The notes: generated by a model not told the origin, from the sequence alone. Positions 55,182 through 63,622 are shown, counted from the stretch's first letter. The stretch is DNA of 63,775 nt from Bacillota bacterium (GCA_023428265.1 JAEYYW010000185.1:1-63775); one strand, 5' to 3'. Program-made: numbers and translations.

Positions 55182-56156
55182 ATGATCGACAACAGGCCCA
55201 AAAAACGCCGTGCCGTCAAGCCGCATCACACCACCGCCATCAAGCCGGAGCCGGAACCTGAACAGGTGGCGGAATTACATATCAACCCGATCCCGCCGGC
55301 ACCCGAACCGCCCAAGGCTCCCGCACCAAAAGCCAAGGCGGCTCCGGCCGGCCCGTTGGCGGGGATTGGCGCCAGTCTCGGCAACATGGGCGCGCTGCCG
55401 CTGGCGCTGGCCGCCGGCGCGATGCAGAAGGGGCGCAGGCAGCCCGCAGCCCGAGCCGCAGCCAAGCCGCCCCTGCCAGCCGCCGACCCAGGGACTGTGA
55501 AGGCGGCGGCAGCCCCGCAGCAGGCCACAGCCCAGACAGGCCGCAAACCCCGTGGCCTGCGCGAGAGCCCGCCACCGCCGGTTGCGGAGACAATCACCCC
55601 GCAAGCCGAGCCGGCCGCCCAGCCAAGGCAGGCAAGGGCCGCAAAGCCAGGGCCTAAGCCGCAGGAGATCCGCAGCTTGCTCAATGACCTGTCCGGCTAT
55701 CTGCCGGGCACAGGCGGAGCCTCCGTGGCCAGAGTGGGCAGGATCATGGGGCTTGCCGACGAACTGCGAAGCATCAACTCCGGCGGGGCCTTCGTCGCCT
55801 CCGCACCGGTCAACCCGATGGATCGCAGCATCGGCCTGCTCAATGTGCTGGGCCGCAACATGCAGACCGGCGGTGCGGCGCACCTGAACCGGGCAAGCCA
55901 GGTGCTCGGGCTTGTGAACACGCTGAAGGGTCAGGCGGGCGGCCTGGGCAACATCGGCGGCCTGGGCAACATCGGCGGCATGGCCAGCATGCTGGGCGGC
56001 ATGATGAACCAGCAGCCGGCGCCGCAGCAGCAGATCAAGAATGTGACGCCGGCGCAGGCCGACGGCCTGAAAGACACCGTGAACAGGTTATTGGGCGGCA
56101 TGGATGAAAAGAAAAAGGCGGAGCTGCTGGATCGGGCTAAAGATTTGCTGAAGTGA
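55182..56156 (+). CDS. Pro/Ala-rich low-complexity protein with a Gly-rich repeat and a helical C-terminus, unknown function
   Basis: 324 aa from ATG 55182 (AGGAGGG SD): MIDNRPKKRRAVKPHHTT..., long P/A/K/Q tracts, GGLGNIGGLGNIGG, ending KKKAELLDRAKDLLK. Confidence 0.5.
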   Translation: MIDNRPKKRRAVKPHHTTAIKPEPEPEQVAELHINPIPPAPEPPKAPAPKAKAAPAGPLAGIGASLGNMGALPLALAAGAMQKGRRQPAARAAAKPPLPAADPGTVKAAAAPQQATAQTGRKPRGLRESPPPPVAETITPQAEPAAQPRQARAAKPGPKPQEIRSLLNDLSGYLPGTGGASVARVGRIMGLADELRSINSGGAFVASAPVNPMDRSIGLLNVLGRNMQTGGAAHLNRASQVLGLVNTLKGQAGGLGNIGGLGNIGGMASMLGGMMNQQPAPQQQIKNVTPAQADGLKDTVNRLLGGMDEKKKAELLDRAKDLLK

Positions 56157-56226
56157 TTTTATGACAGCCTATAAATACGAGGGCTCCCTTCGCCATCGGC
56201 GGAGGGAGCCCAAAGGCCGTCTGTCG

Positions 56227-57903
56227 CTATTCCCCTCTTGCGCTGAGCACCGTGGCGCCTGCCGCCGGCAGGTTCGGGGAATACGGCTGCTCTTCCTCCA
56301 GGAAGGCGCCGGTTTCGTGGAGAATGTCAAAGAAATGCCGCACGGGGAGCACCTCAATACCCAGCTTCTCGAAGTTCTGCTGCCAGTTGCTGGCCGGGAT
56401 GAACGCACGCCGGGCCCCGGCTTTCTGCGCCGCCTTGAGCTTCACGGGCACGCCGCCCACCGGGTAGATATCGCCGCGGATCGAGATTTCGCCGGTGAGC
56501 GCCAAGGTGTTGTCCACCTTCAGGCCATGCACCGCCGAATAAAGCCCGCAGGCAATGGCCAGCCCCGCCGAGGGGCCATCCACCGGGATGCCGCCCGGGA
56601 AGTTGATGTGAATGTTGTAGTCTGCCGTGTCGATACCCACGGTGGAGTGCAGCATCGTGCACACGTTTTCCACACTGGAGCGCACGGCGCTCTTCATCCG
56701 CACCTTGTGGCCCTCACTGCCCATCTCCTCTTCTTCCAGTACTCCTGTGAGTGTGAGTTTCCCCGCGCCGATGGCCGTTTTCTCGGCAATCACCTCAATC
56801 GTCATCACTGCGCCCTGCTGCGGGCCGCACACGGCCATGCCGTTCACCACGCCCACCGCCGGCCTCCGCGGCACCCTCACCTTGTGGGACGGGGCATAGT
56901 TGCCGTTGTTGAGCACCCACTCCAGGTCCTCCAGCGTGATGCTCCCCCGCCCTTCGCTCACGGCAACACCGGCCGCCATCTGCACGATGTTCACGGCGTC
57001 GCGGCCGTTGGCTGAATAGCGGCCCACCAGCTCCGCGCAGCCCTCCTCCATCACCACGCCGGCCTTTTTGGCCGCGCCGTCGGCAATGAGCGCCATCTCG
57101 TTTTCCTCCAGAGGCCGGAAAAACACCTCCACGCACCGGCTGCGGATCGCCGCCGGCAGCTCGTTTGCATTGCGCGTGGTGGCGCCCACCAGCCGGAAGT
57201 CTGCCGGCAGGCCGTTTTTAAACACATCGTGGATGTAGCTGGGGATGTTGGAATCGCTCTCGGAATAATAGGCGCTCTCAAAATAGACACGCCGGTCTTC
57301 CAGCACCTTCAGGAGCTTGTTCATCTGGGTGGGGTGCAGCTCGCCGATTTCATCCAGAAACAAGATGCCGCCATGGGCCTTGGTGACGGCGCCGGGCTTC
57401 GGCTGCGGGATACCCGCCACGCCCATGGCTCCGGCCCCCTGATAAATGGGATCGTGCACCGAGCCAATCAGCGGGTCGGCAATGCTGCGCTCGTCGAAGC
57501 GCACGCAGGTGGCGTCCATCTCCACAAACTTCGCCTCGCGGCCAAAGGGCGACGCACGGTTGGCCTTGGCCTCGCCCAGCACGAGCCTGGCCGCGCAGGT
57601 CTTGCCGATGCCGGGAGGCCCATAGATCAGCACATGCTGCGGGTTGGGCCCGCACAGCGCCGCTCTGAGGGCCTTGATGCCTTCCTCCTGGCCAATGATG
57701 TCGTCCATCTTCTGCGGGCGCACCTTTTCGGACAAGGGCTTGGTGAGCTGCACCTGCCTGAGCTTGGCGAGCTTGTCCATCTCCCTGCGGCTGTCATGGG
57801 TGACGGCGGCGCGGGTGGACTGTTGGCTTTTCAGTTGAAACAGGAAATACAGCCCGATGATGATGCTGAAGAACAGCTGTACGGCGGCCAGCAAACCGGT
57901 CAT
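56227..57903 (-). CDS. lonB: Membrane-anchored Lon-like ATP-dependent protease LonB
   Basis: N-terminal TM (LLAAVQLFFSIIIGLYFLF), AAA+ Walker A GPPGIGKT, Walker B ILFLDEIGEL, Lon proteolytic domain PVDGPSAGLAIA. The start was moved to ATG 57903 (GGAGGG SD). Confidence 0.82.
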   Translation of the reverse strand: MTGLLAAVQLFFSIIIGLYFLFQLKSQQSTRAAVTHDSRREMDKLAKLRQVQLTKPLSEKVRPQKMDDIIGQEEGIKALRAALCGPNPQHVLIYGPPGIGKTCAARLVLGEAKANRASPFGREAKFVEMDATCVRFDERSIADPLIGSVHDPIYQGAGAMGVAGIPQPKPGAVTKAHGGILFLDEIGELHPTQMNKLLKVLEDRRVYFESAYYSESDSNIPSYIHDVFKNGLPADFRLVGATTRNANELPAAIRSRCVEVFFRPLEENEMALIADGAAKKAGVVMEEGCAELVGRYSANGRDAVNIVQMAAGVAVSEGRGSITLEDLEWVLNNGNYAPSHKVRVPRRPAVGVVNGMAVCGPQQGAVMTIEVIAEKTAIGAGKLTLTGVLEEEEMGSEGHKVRMKSAVRSSVENVCTMLHSTVGIDTADYNIHINFPGGIPVDGPSAGLAIACGLYSAVHGLKVDNTLALTGEISIRGDIYPVGGVPVKLKAAQKAGARRAFIPASNWQQNFEKLGIEVLPVRHFFDILHETGAFLEEEQPYSPNLPAAGATVLSARGE

Positions 57904-58002
57904 AGGCAACCCTCCATCGCAAATTGCAGGAATAGTATGTGAATGGAGGGATTTTTCACACAGACTAGAATTGGTTAACATAGTAGAATTTTCCAACGAC
58001 AA

Positions 58003-58031
58003 TTGATTAGAAGATTACAATACCATATAAT
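58003..58031 (+). promoter_or_regulatory. Sigma-70-type promoter of the RES-domain gene
   Basis: TTGATT (58003-58008), 17-nt spacer, TATAAT (58026-58031). 17 nt upstream of ATG 58049. Confidence 0.6.
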
Positions 58032-58048
58032 TACTTGGGTGATTATAA

Positions 58049-58795
58049 ATGAATAGCCTATCTGCCAGTGATATATGGATTAGTTTTGTTAATGATTTAC
58101 ATAGAGATAATAGGTTCTTTCCTGATCATAATATTCAAACATACCTAGAAAATATATGTACACAGTTTAAAACAACCATAGAGATAAATGAAATTCTATA
58201 TAGGGCAAGAACAATGTCTGAAGATGACATTTTTATGGCATTTTCAAGAAGAAATCAGCCGTTTTATGGGTTTGATAAAGAAAACTCATATATGCCGCCA
58301 ATTAATCAAACTGTTGATGGGCGTGCCAATGTAAATGGTATTAGTTGTCTTTATCTTGCTCGAGAAGAGGAAACTGCACTAATTGAAGTTAGGCCAATAT
58401 TAAGTAATAAAGTTAGTATTGCAGAAATTCAGGTATTATCACAATTAAGCTGTGTTGACTTAACAATTGATACAGTACATGATTCGCAAGACATAAATAT
58501 ATCGTTGAAGAATTATATAGATTTTTGGTTTTCAATGCCTGTTCAACATTATGAAAAGGATGACTATATACCAACTCAATATATTGCATCCTACATAAAG
58601 CACAAAGGGTATGATGGGATAATATATAAAAGCTCACTTAATCCAAATGGAAAAAATGTTGCTTTGTTTGATGGTAGTAAAGCGGCACCTATTAGCTCAC
58701 GAGTTGTTTCTGTTTGTGGTATGGGGATCTCCGCAAGGTCTGTTTTACCCAAAGGAGATAAACTCATTGTCTATGATAATGGAGCAACGATATAG
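58049..58795 (+). CDS. RES-domain protein (NAD+-targeting toxin family), orphan
   Basis: 248 aa. ILYRAR..., GRANVNGISCLYLAREEETALIEV (Arg / Tyr / Glu of the RES core) and GYDGIIYKSSLNPNGKNVALFD (Ser motif) occur in the canonical order. The gene is strongly AT-rich relative to its flanks. Confidence 0.75.
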   Translation: MNSLSASDIWISFVNDLHRDNRFFPDHNIQTYLENICTQFKTTIEINEILYRARTMSEDDIFMAFSRRNQPFYGFDKENSYMPPINQTVDGRANVNGISCLYLAREEETALIEVRPILSNKVSIAEIQVLSQLSCVDLTIDTVHDSQDINISLKNYIDFWFSMPVQHYEKDDYIPTQYIASYIKHKGYDGIIYKSSLNPNGKNVALFDGSKAAPISSRVVSVCGMGISARSVLPKGDKLIVYDNGATI

Positions 58796-59223
58796 CAACT
58801 GAACTACTTCACCCTGAAGCTATGCACCTCCATTAAACCCCTCAGATACTACCGGTCAACCTCTTTGGTCGAATAGACGGCAATCTCCAATCCCTTTTCA
58901 CAAGCCACCCATCCGGGGAGACGGCATAAGAAACGTCAACCTTCAAATATGAGCCTGCCGCAGTTTTGCCACAATTCTCCTGAATATCTGCCATAGGTCG
59001 GTGACAAAAAATACATTCCTAAAATATACTGCTTGTTATAATGAATATATAACTGTTCCAGATCAGTGTTTCAACCGCGAAGGGCACCACGAAGCTTGAC
59101 AATAACCCATCGGGTTGATTAAAGCCACGCATTTCCGGGTATCTACGGATAAACCAGCAATGAAGAAGCAGCCAGAACAGGCGCGGAAATCTCATTGTAC
59201 ACCGCAATACAGAAATTGGTTCA

Positions 59224-59252
59224 TTGTTCTGCCTGGCATTTGGGGGTATAAT
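59224..59252 (+). promoter_or_regulatory. Sigma-70-type promoter proximal to pilB
   Basis: TTGTTC (59224-59229), 17-nt spacer, TATAAT (59247-59252). Confidence 0.55.
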
Positions 59253-59293
59253 TCATTATCTGGAATATGAGAATAAAATTACGAGAGTGAAAC

Positions 59294-60979
59294 ATGGCAA
59301 TCCGCCGAAAATTCCTGGGTGAAATGCTTGTGGAAGCCGGTCACCTCACAAGGCTGCAGCTGGAAGAAGCGCTGCGCATCCAGAAGGAAACCAACAAGCG
59401 CCTGGGCGACGTTCTGAAAGAGCGGCGCTGGGTCACCGAGCAGCAGATCATTGAAATGCTGGAGTTCCAGCTGGGCATCCCCTTTGTGGATGTGTCCAGT
59501 GTTTATCTGCCTGCCGGCATTGAGCAGACGGTGCCGGTGCAGATCGCGCAGCGCCACACGCTGGTGCCCGTGCGCATCGAGGGCAACAAGCTCTTTGTGG
59601 CCATGGAGGACCCGCTTTCCATCGTGGCCGTGGACGACGTGCAAACCGTGTCGGGTATGGAAGTGCAGCCGATGCTGGGCCGCGGCCCGGCCATTGTCGC
59701 GGCGATCAACCGAATCTACGGCAGCAAGAAGGCCGAGCAGGCCATTGAGGATTTCGCCCGCGAAGGCACAGCCCCGGCCGATGCAGACCTGGAAGCGCTG
59801 GACCTGAGCGACGGCGTGAACAGCGCGCCAATCGTGCGCCTGGTCAACACAATCCTGGAGCAGGCCGCCAACGCCCGCGCCAGCGACATCCACATTGAGC
59901 CCGGCGAGGGCTCCGTGCGGGTGCGTTTCCGCGTGGACGGCGTTTTGACGGTCGCATTGACGCCGCCGATGAACGCCCACGCCGCCATTGTGGCCCGCAT
60001 CAAAATCATGAGCAACCTGGATATCGCCGAGCGCCGCCGCCCGCAGGACGGCAGGCTTGATCTTTCCACAGGAGGCCGCAACATCGACGTGCGCGTGTCC
60101 ACAATGCCCACGGTGCACGGCGAAAAGGTTGTGATGCGCCTGCTGGACCGGAGCAGCTTCCTGATCCCCAAGGAGGGCCTGGGCATGACGCCGGCCAATA
60201 TGGCCCGGTTTGAAAACCTGATCCGGCACCCCCACGGCATCATCCTGATTTCCGGCCCCACCGGCAGCGGCAAGACGACCACGCTCTACGCCATGCTCAA
60301 CGAGCTGAACGACCCGATCAAAAACATCATCACCATCGAAGACCCGGTTGAGTATGTGATGACCGGGCTCAATCAGGTGCAGGTGAACGCCAAGGCGGGC
60401 CTCACCTTCGCCTCGGGCCTGCGCAGCATCCTGCGCCAGGACCCCAACATCGTGATGGTGGGCGAGATCCGAGACGAGGAGACGGTGGAAATCGCCATCC
60501 GCGCGGCCATCACCGGCCACCTGGTGCTTTCCACGATCCACACCAATGACGCAGTTAGCACCATCACCCGCCTGGAAGACATGGGCGTGGAGCCCTTCCT
60601 GCTCTCCGCCTCGCTGGTGGGCGTGATGGCGCAGAGGCTTGTGCGCAAAAACTGCCCCATGTGCACTGAGGATTATGAGCCCGACCCGGCGCTTCTGAGC
60701 CTGATCGGCCTCACACCCGGCACAGGCCGCTTCCGGCGGGGCCGGGGGTGCGCCAGCTGCTCCGGCACCGGCACAAAGGGCCGCCAGGCCGTCTATGAGA
60801 TCCTGGCGGTGGACCAGACCGTCCGCGAGATGATCCACGCCCGCGCGCCGCTGCAGCAGATCATCGACCACGCCAGAAGCGGCGGCATGCGGCTTTTGAG
60901 CGAGGAGTGCGCCGAGCTTGCCGCCAAAGGCGTGATATCGCCGGAGGAAGCGGTGCGCGTGGCATTCCGGCAGGACTGA
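59294..60979 (+). CDS. pilB: Type IV pilus assembly ATPase PilB (GspE family) with an N-terminal MshEN-type domain
   Basis: T2SSE core: Walker A GPTGSGKTT, Asp box, Walker B IVMVGEIRD, His box, tetracysteine CPMC...CASC. The N-terminus carries tandem RLGxxL-type motifs. Confidence 0.92.
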   Translation: MAIRRKFLGEMLVEAGHLTRLQLEEALRIQKETNKRLGDVLKERRWVTEQQIIEMLEFQLGIPFVDVSSVYLPAGIEQTVPVQIAQRHTLVPVRIEGNKLFVAMEDPLSIVAVDDVQTVSGMEVQPMLGRGPAIVAAINRIYGSKKAEQAIEDFAREGTAPADADLEALDLSDGVNSAPIVRLVNTILEQAANARASDIHIEPGEGSVRVRFRVDGVLTVALTPPMNAHAAIVARIKIMSNLDIAERRRPQDGRLDLSTGGRNIDVRVSTMPTVHGEKVVMRLLDRSSFLIPKEGLGMTPANMARFENLIRHPHGIILISGPTGSGKTTTLYAMLNELNDPIKNIITIEDPVEYVMTGLNQVQVNAKAGLTFASGLRSILRQDPNIVMVGEIRDEETVEIAIRAAITGHLVLSTIHTNDAVSTITRLEDMGVEPFLLSASLVGVMAQRLVRKNCPMCTEDYEPDPALLSLIGLTPGTGRFRRGRGCASCSGTGTKGRQAVYEILAVDQTVREMIHARAPLQQIIDHARSGGMRLLSEECAELAAKGVISPEEAVRVAFRQD

Positions 60980-61061
60980 GTTCCTCCGCAACAACGCAAA
61001 CATAACGGGGCTCTGCTCCGCTCAGGCATGACCAAATCCGGCATGATTGGGGATGAAGATC

Positions 61062-62114
61062 ATGAACTCCACCGAACTGCTCGAACGCACCATGGCGCTG
61101 GACGCCTCCGACCTGCACATCACACCGGGCTCGCCGCCGACCTACCGCGTGAACGGCAGGCTGCTGAGCGAGGGGGAGCGCCTTACCACCGTGGACACGG
61201 AGGGGTTTGTGCGCAACATCATGAGCGAGCGCCAGTGGGAGCAGTTCAATGCCGCCGGCGAGCTGGACTTCCCCCTTTCCACCCGCGCCGCCCGCTTCCG
61301 CGTGAACGCCTTTCGCCAGCGGGGTTCCTGCTCGGTGGCGCTCAGGCTGATCCAGCCGGGCATCCGGTCGCTGAGCGAGCTGGGCCTGCCGGCGTCGCTG
61401 GCGGAGCTGAGCACACTGCAGCGCGGGCTGGTGCTGGTGACAGGGCCCACCGGCAGTGGCAAATCCACCACGCTGGCAGCGATGATCGACCTGGTGAACA
61501 GCACCAGAGACTGCCACATCATCACGCTGGAAGACCCGATTGAGTATCTGCACAAGCACAAGAAGAGCATTGTGAACCAGCGCGAGATCGGCAGCGACAC
61601 AAGCTCCTACGCCAGCGGCCTGCGCTCGGTGCTGCGCCAGGACCCGGATGTGATCCTGATCGGCGAAATGCGCGACCTGGAGAGCATCGCGATCGCGCTC
61701 ACCGCCGCCGAGACCGGCCACCTGGTCTTTTCCACACTGCACACAATCGGCGCGGCCCTGACCATTGACCGCATCATCGATGTGTTCCCGGCCTATCAGC
61801 AGGCGCAGATCCGCGTGCAGCTCTCCATGGCGCTGCAGGCGGTGGTCTCCCAGCAGTTGCTGCCCGAAGCGTCGGGGCGCAGCCGCGTGCCCGCCGCGGA
61901 GGTCATGCTTGCCACACCGGCCATCCGCAACCTCATCCGCGAGGGCAAGACGCCGCAGATCAACAACGCCATCCTCACCTCGGGCATGAGCGGCATGCAG
62001 ACGATGGACTCGGCGCTGGCGGCGCTTTACAAAGCCGGCAGGATCACGCTGGACGACTGTGTGCAGTTCTGCGTGGATTATGAAAACATCAAACGGTTTT
62101 TGAACCTGAAATAA
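61062..62114 (+). CDS. pilT: Type IV pilus retraction ATPase PilT
   Basis: ASDLHITPGSPPTYRVNG...GPTGSGKSTT...ILIGEMRDLESI...TGHLVFSTLHT. No N-terminal MshEN domain; size is typical of PilT. The start was moved to ATG 61062. Confidence 0.9.
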   Translation: MNSTELLERTMALDASDLHITPGSPPTYRVNGRLLSEGERLTTVDTEGFVRNIMSERQWEQFNAAGELDFPLSTRAARFRVNAFRQRGSCSVALRLIQPGIRSLSELGLPASLAELSTLQRGLVLVTGPTGSGKSTTLAAMIDLVNSTRDCHIITLEDPIEYLHKHKKSIVNQREIGSDTSSYASGLRSVLRQDPDVILIGEMRDLESIAIALTAAETGHLVFSTLHTIGAALTIDRIIDVFPAYQQAQIRVQLSMALQAVVSQQLLPEASGRSRVPAAEVMLATPAIRNLIREGKTPQINNAILTSGMSGMQTMDSALAALYKAGRITLDDCVQFCVDYENIKRFLNLK

Positions 62115-62126
62115 GGAGGGCAGCCT

Positions 62127-63341
62127 ATGGCGAAATTTCAATACAAGGCCGTGAACATGGGCGGCCGCACGGTGGACGGTCTCTATGAGGGCAAAGACCG
62201 CGCCGACGTGGTCTCCATGCTGCGGAGCAAGGCGTTTTATCCGCTGGACATCTCGGAGGTGAAGGCGCCCGGCGCTCTCAACCGCGAGCTGGGCTCCAAA
62301 ATCTCACTGAAGGTTCTGGCGCTGTTTTGCCAGCAGTTTTCCACGATCCTGTCTTCCGGCATCCCGGTGGGCCAGGCGCTGGATATCCTGGCCCAGCAGA
62401 CGGAAGACAAGCGCCTGAAGTCCGTGCTGACAGATGTGTATGAGAAAGTGCAGACCGGCCGCAGCCTCACCGACTCCTTCGGAGAGCACGCCAAGCGCTT
62501 CCCCAACATCTTCATGAGCATGCTGTCTGTGGGTGAGGTTTCCGGCACGCTGGAGGCCAGCCTCAAGCGCCTGCACGGCTATTTCAAGCAGGAGCACCAG
62601 CTGATCTCGAAGTTTCGCACGGCGATGATCTATCCGGCCGTTGTGATGAGCCTGGCGGTCTTCATCACCACATTCCTGCTGGTCTTCATTGTGCCCACCT
62701 TCCAGGGCATCTTTGACCGGGCCGGCGCGGTGCTGCCGGTGCCCACGCAGATCCTGCTGGCGATCAGCGGGTTCATCCGCACGCAGTGGCCGCTGATCCT
62801 GGTTGTGATACTCGGCATTGTGGTCTTCTTCACCGCCTATCGCAAGTCTGAAAACGGCCGCCTGAACCTGGACCGCATGAGCCTCAGGCTGCCGGCATTC
62901 GGGCCGCTCAATGTGAAAATGATGGTGTCGCGGTTCACCCGCACGCTGGGCGCCATGTCCAGCTCCGGCGTGCCGCTCACGCAGGCGCTGGAAATCACCG
63001 CCCGCGTGGTTTCCAACAAGTTCATTGAAGGGCAGATCATGAAGGCCTCCGAAATGGTGCAGCAGGGCCAGCCGCTCTACAAGCCGCTGGCGGAAATCAA
63101 GACGCTGCCGCCGATGGTGCAGAACATGACGCGCCTGGGCGAAGAGTCCGGCTCGCTGGACTTTATGCTGGAGCAGACCGCCATCTATTATGATGCGGAG
63201 GCTGAGACGGCGATCGCCCGCACCACAGCGGTGATCGAGCCAATGATCATCATCGTGATGGCCGCGATCGTGCTGTTTGTGGTGCTGTCCATCCTGATGC
63301 CCACGTTCCAGATGGCTTCGGTGGTTGGCGGAATGAGTTGA
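62127..63341 (+). CDS. pilC: Type IV pilus inner-membrane platform protein PilC (GspF family)
   Basis: Two T2SSF repeats (FCQQFSTILSSGIPVGQAL; FTRTLGAMSSSGVPLTQAL), 3 TM helices, 404 aa. Confidence 0.9.
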   Translation: MAKFQYKAVNMGGRTVDGLYEGKDRADVVSMLRSKAFYPLDISEVKAPGALNRELGSKISLKVLALFCQQFSTILSSGIPVGQALDILAQQTEDKRLKSVLTDVYEKVQTGRSLTDSFGEHAKRFPNIFMSMLSVGEVSGTLEASLKRLHGYFKQEHQLISKFRTAMIYPAVVMSLAVFITTFLLVFIVPTFQGIFDRAGAVLPVPTQILLAISGFIRTQWPLILVVILGIVVFFTAYRKSENGRLNLDRMSLRLPAFGPLNVKMMVSRFTRTLGAMSSSGVPLTQALEITARVVSNKFIEGQIMKASEMVQQGQPLYKPLAEIKTLPPMVQNMTRLGEESGSLDFMLEQTAIYYDAEAETAIARTTAVIEPMIIIVMAAIVLFVVLSILMPTFQMASVVGGMS

Positions 63342-63515
63342 GAATGGCACAGTGTTTGAACCGCCGCGATCCGGGGCATCTGGAAAGAAATGGATAAAGC
63401 AATAACCCAAATACGGCAAGCTTTATTTCCATAGTGATATGTAATTTGATGACCCAAATGCCCGGCGCGGCGTGACCCGGCGCAGCAAGCAAGCGCGACC
63501 CACGGATTTCTGTGG

Positions 63516-63612
63516 AATTTTGGTTGCCGCACTTCTGCCAGTCGCACCGAGCGGCAATTTCTTTAAAGCTTATGAATTGCGTGAGAATTGCGGCAGCAAT
63601 GCGGCAATTTCT
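63516..63612. repeat. Cluster of (T)GCGGCA(A) motifs, including two GCGGCAATTTCT copies exactly 50 bp apart, upstream of the pilin promoter
   Basis: TTGCCGCA (inverted) near 63516. GCGGCAATTTCT at 63551-63562 and 63601-63612. GAATTGCG at 63574 and 63585. TTGCGGCA near 63588. Confidence 0.55.
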
Positions 63613-63622
63613 GGATTCAGAG

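Noticed and set aside
57904-58048. A forespore sigma-F or sigma-G promoter for lonB (CATACTA-like -10 on the minus strand).
   Set aside because: There is no matching G(C/T)ATA -35 at 17-18 nt, so the call is not supportable without data.
58850-59207. Small minus-strand reading frames downstream of the RES gene, considered as a possible antitoxin. They are the 59019-59207 62-aa ORF and unframed pieces such as ...VTDLWQIFRRIVAKLRQAHI* and ...YAVSPDGWLVKRDWRLPSIRPKRLTGSI*.
   Set aside because: They have no Met with an SD. The pieces are in different frames. The composition of the 62-aa ORF (W/F/I/L-rich) looks non-coding, and the orientation is convergent with the RES gene. At best they are decayed gene remnants, which blastx would settle.
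59230-59246. A sigma-54-like TGGCA element (cTGGCAtttggggg) in front of pilB.
   Set aside because: There is no TTGC(A/T) element at the required 4-5-nt spacing. The sequence is simply the spacer of the sigma-70-type promoter.
58796-59293. A c-di-GMP riboswitch (GEMM-I or class II) upstream of the type IV pilus operon.
   Set aside because: I found isolated fragments (GGGCAC, GCGCGGAAA). They are in the wrong order and lack the conserved GGCAAACC...GACGCAAAGCC or ...GCAACCGACC cores. This needs Infernal to be sure.
59279-63419. Very long minus-strand ORFs antisense to pilB, pilT and pilC (59279-61003, 574 aa; 60861-62141, 426 aa; 62304-63419, 371 aa).
   Set aside because: Their products are Arg/Gly/His/Ala/Gln-rich low-complexity strings with no motifs and no SD. 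They are mirror frames of genes with unmistakable PilB, PilT and PilC homology, which is a typical high-GC antisense artefact.
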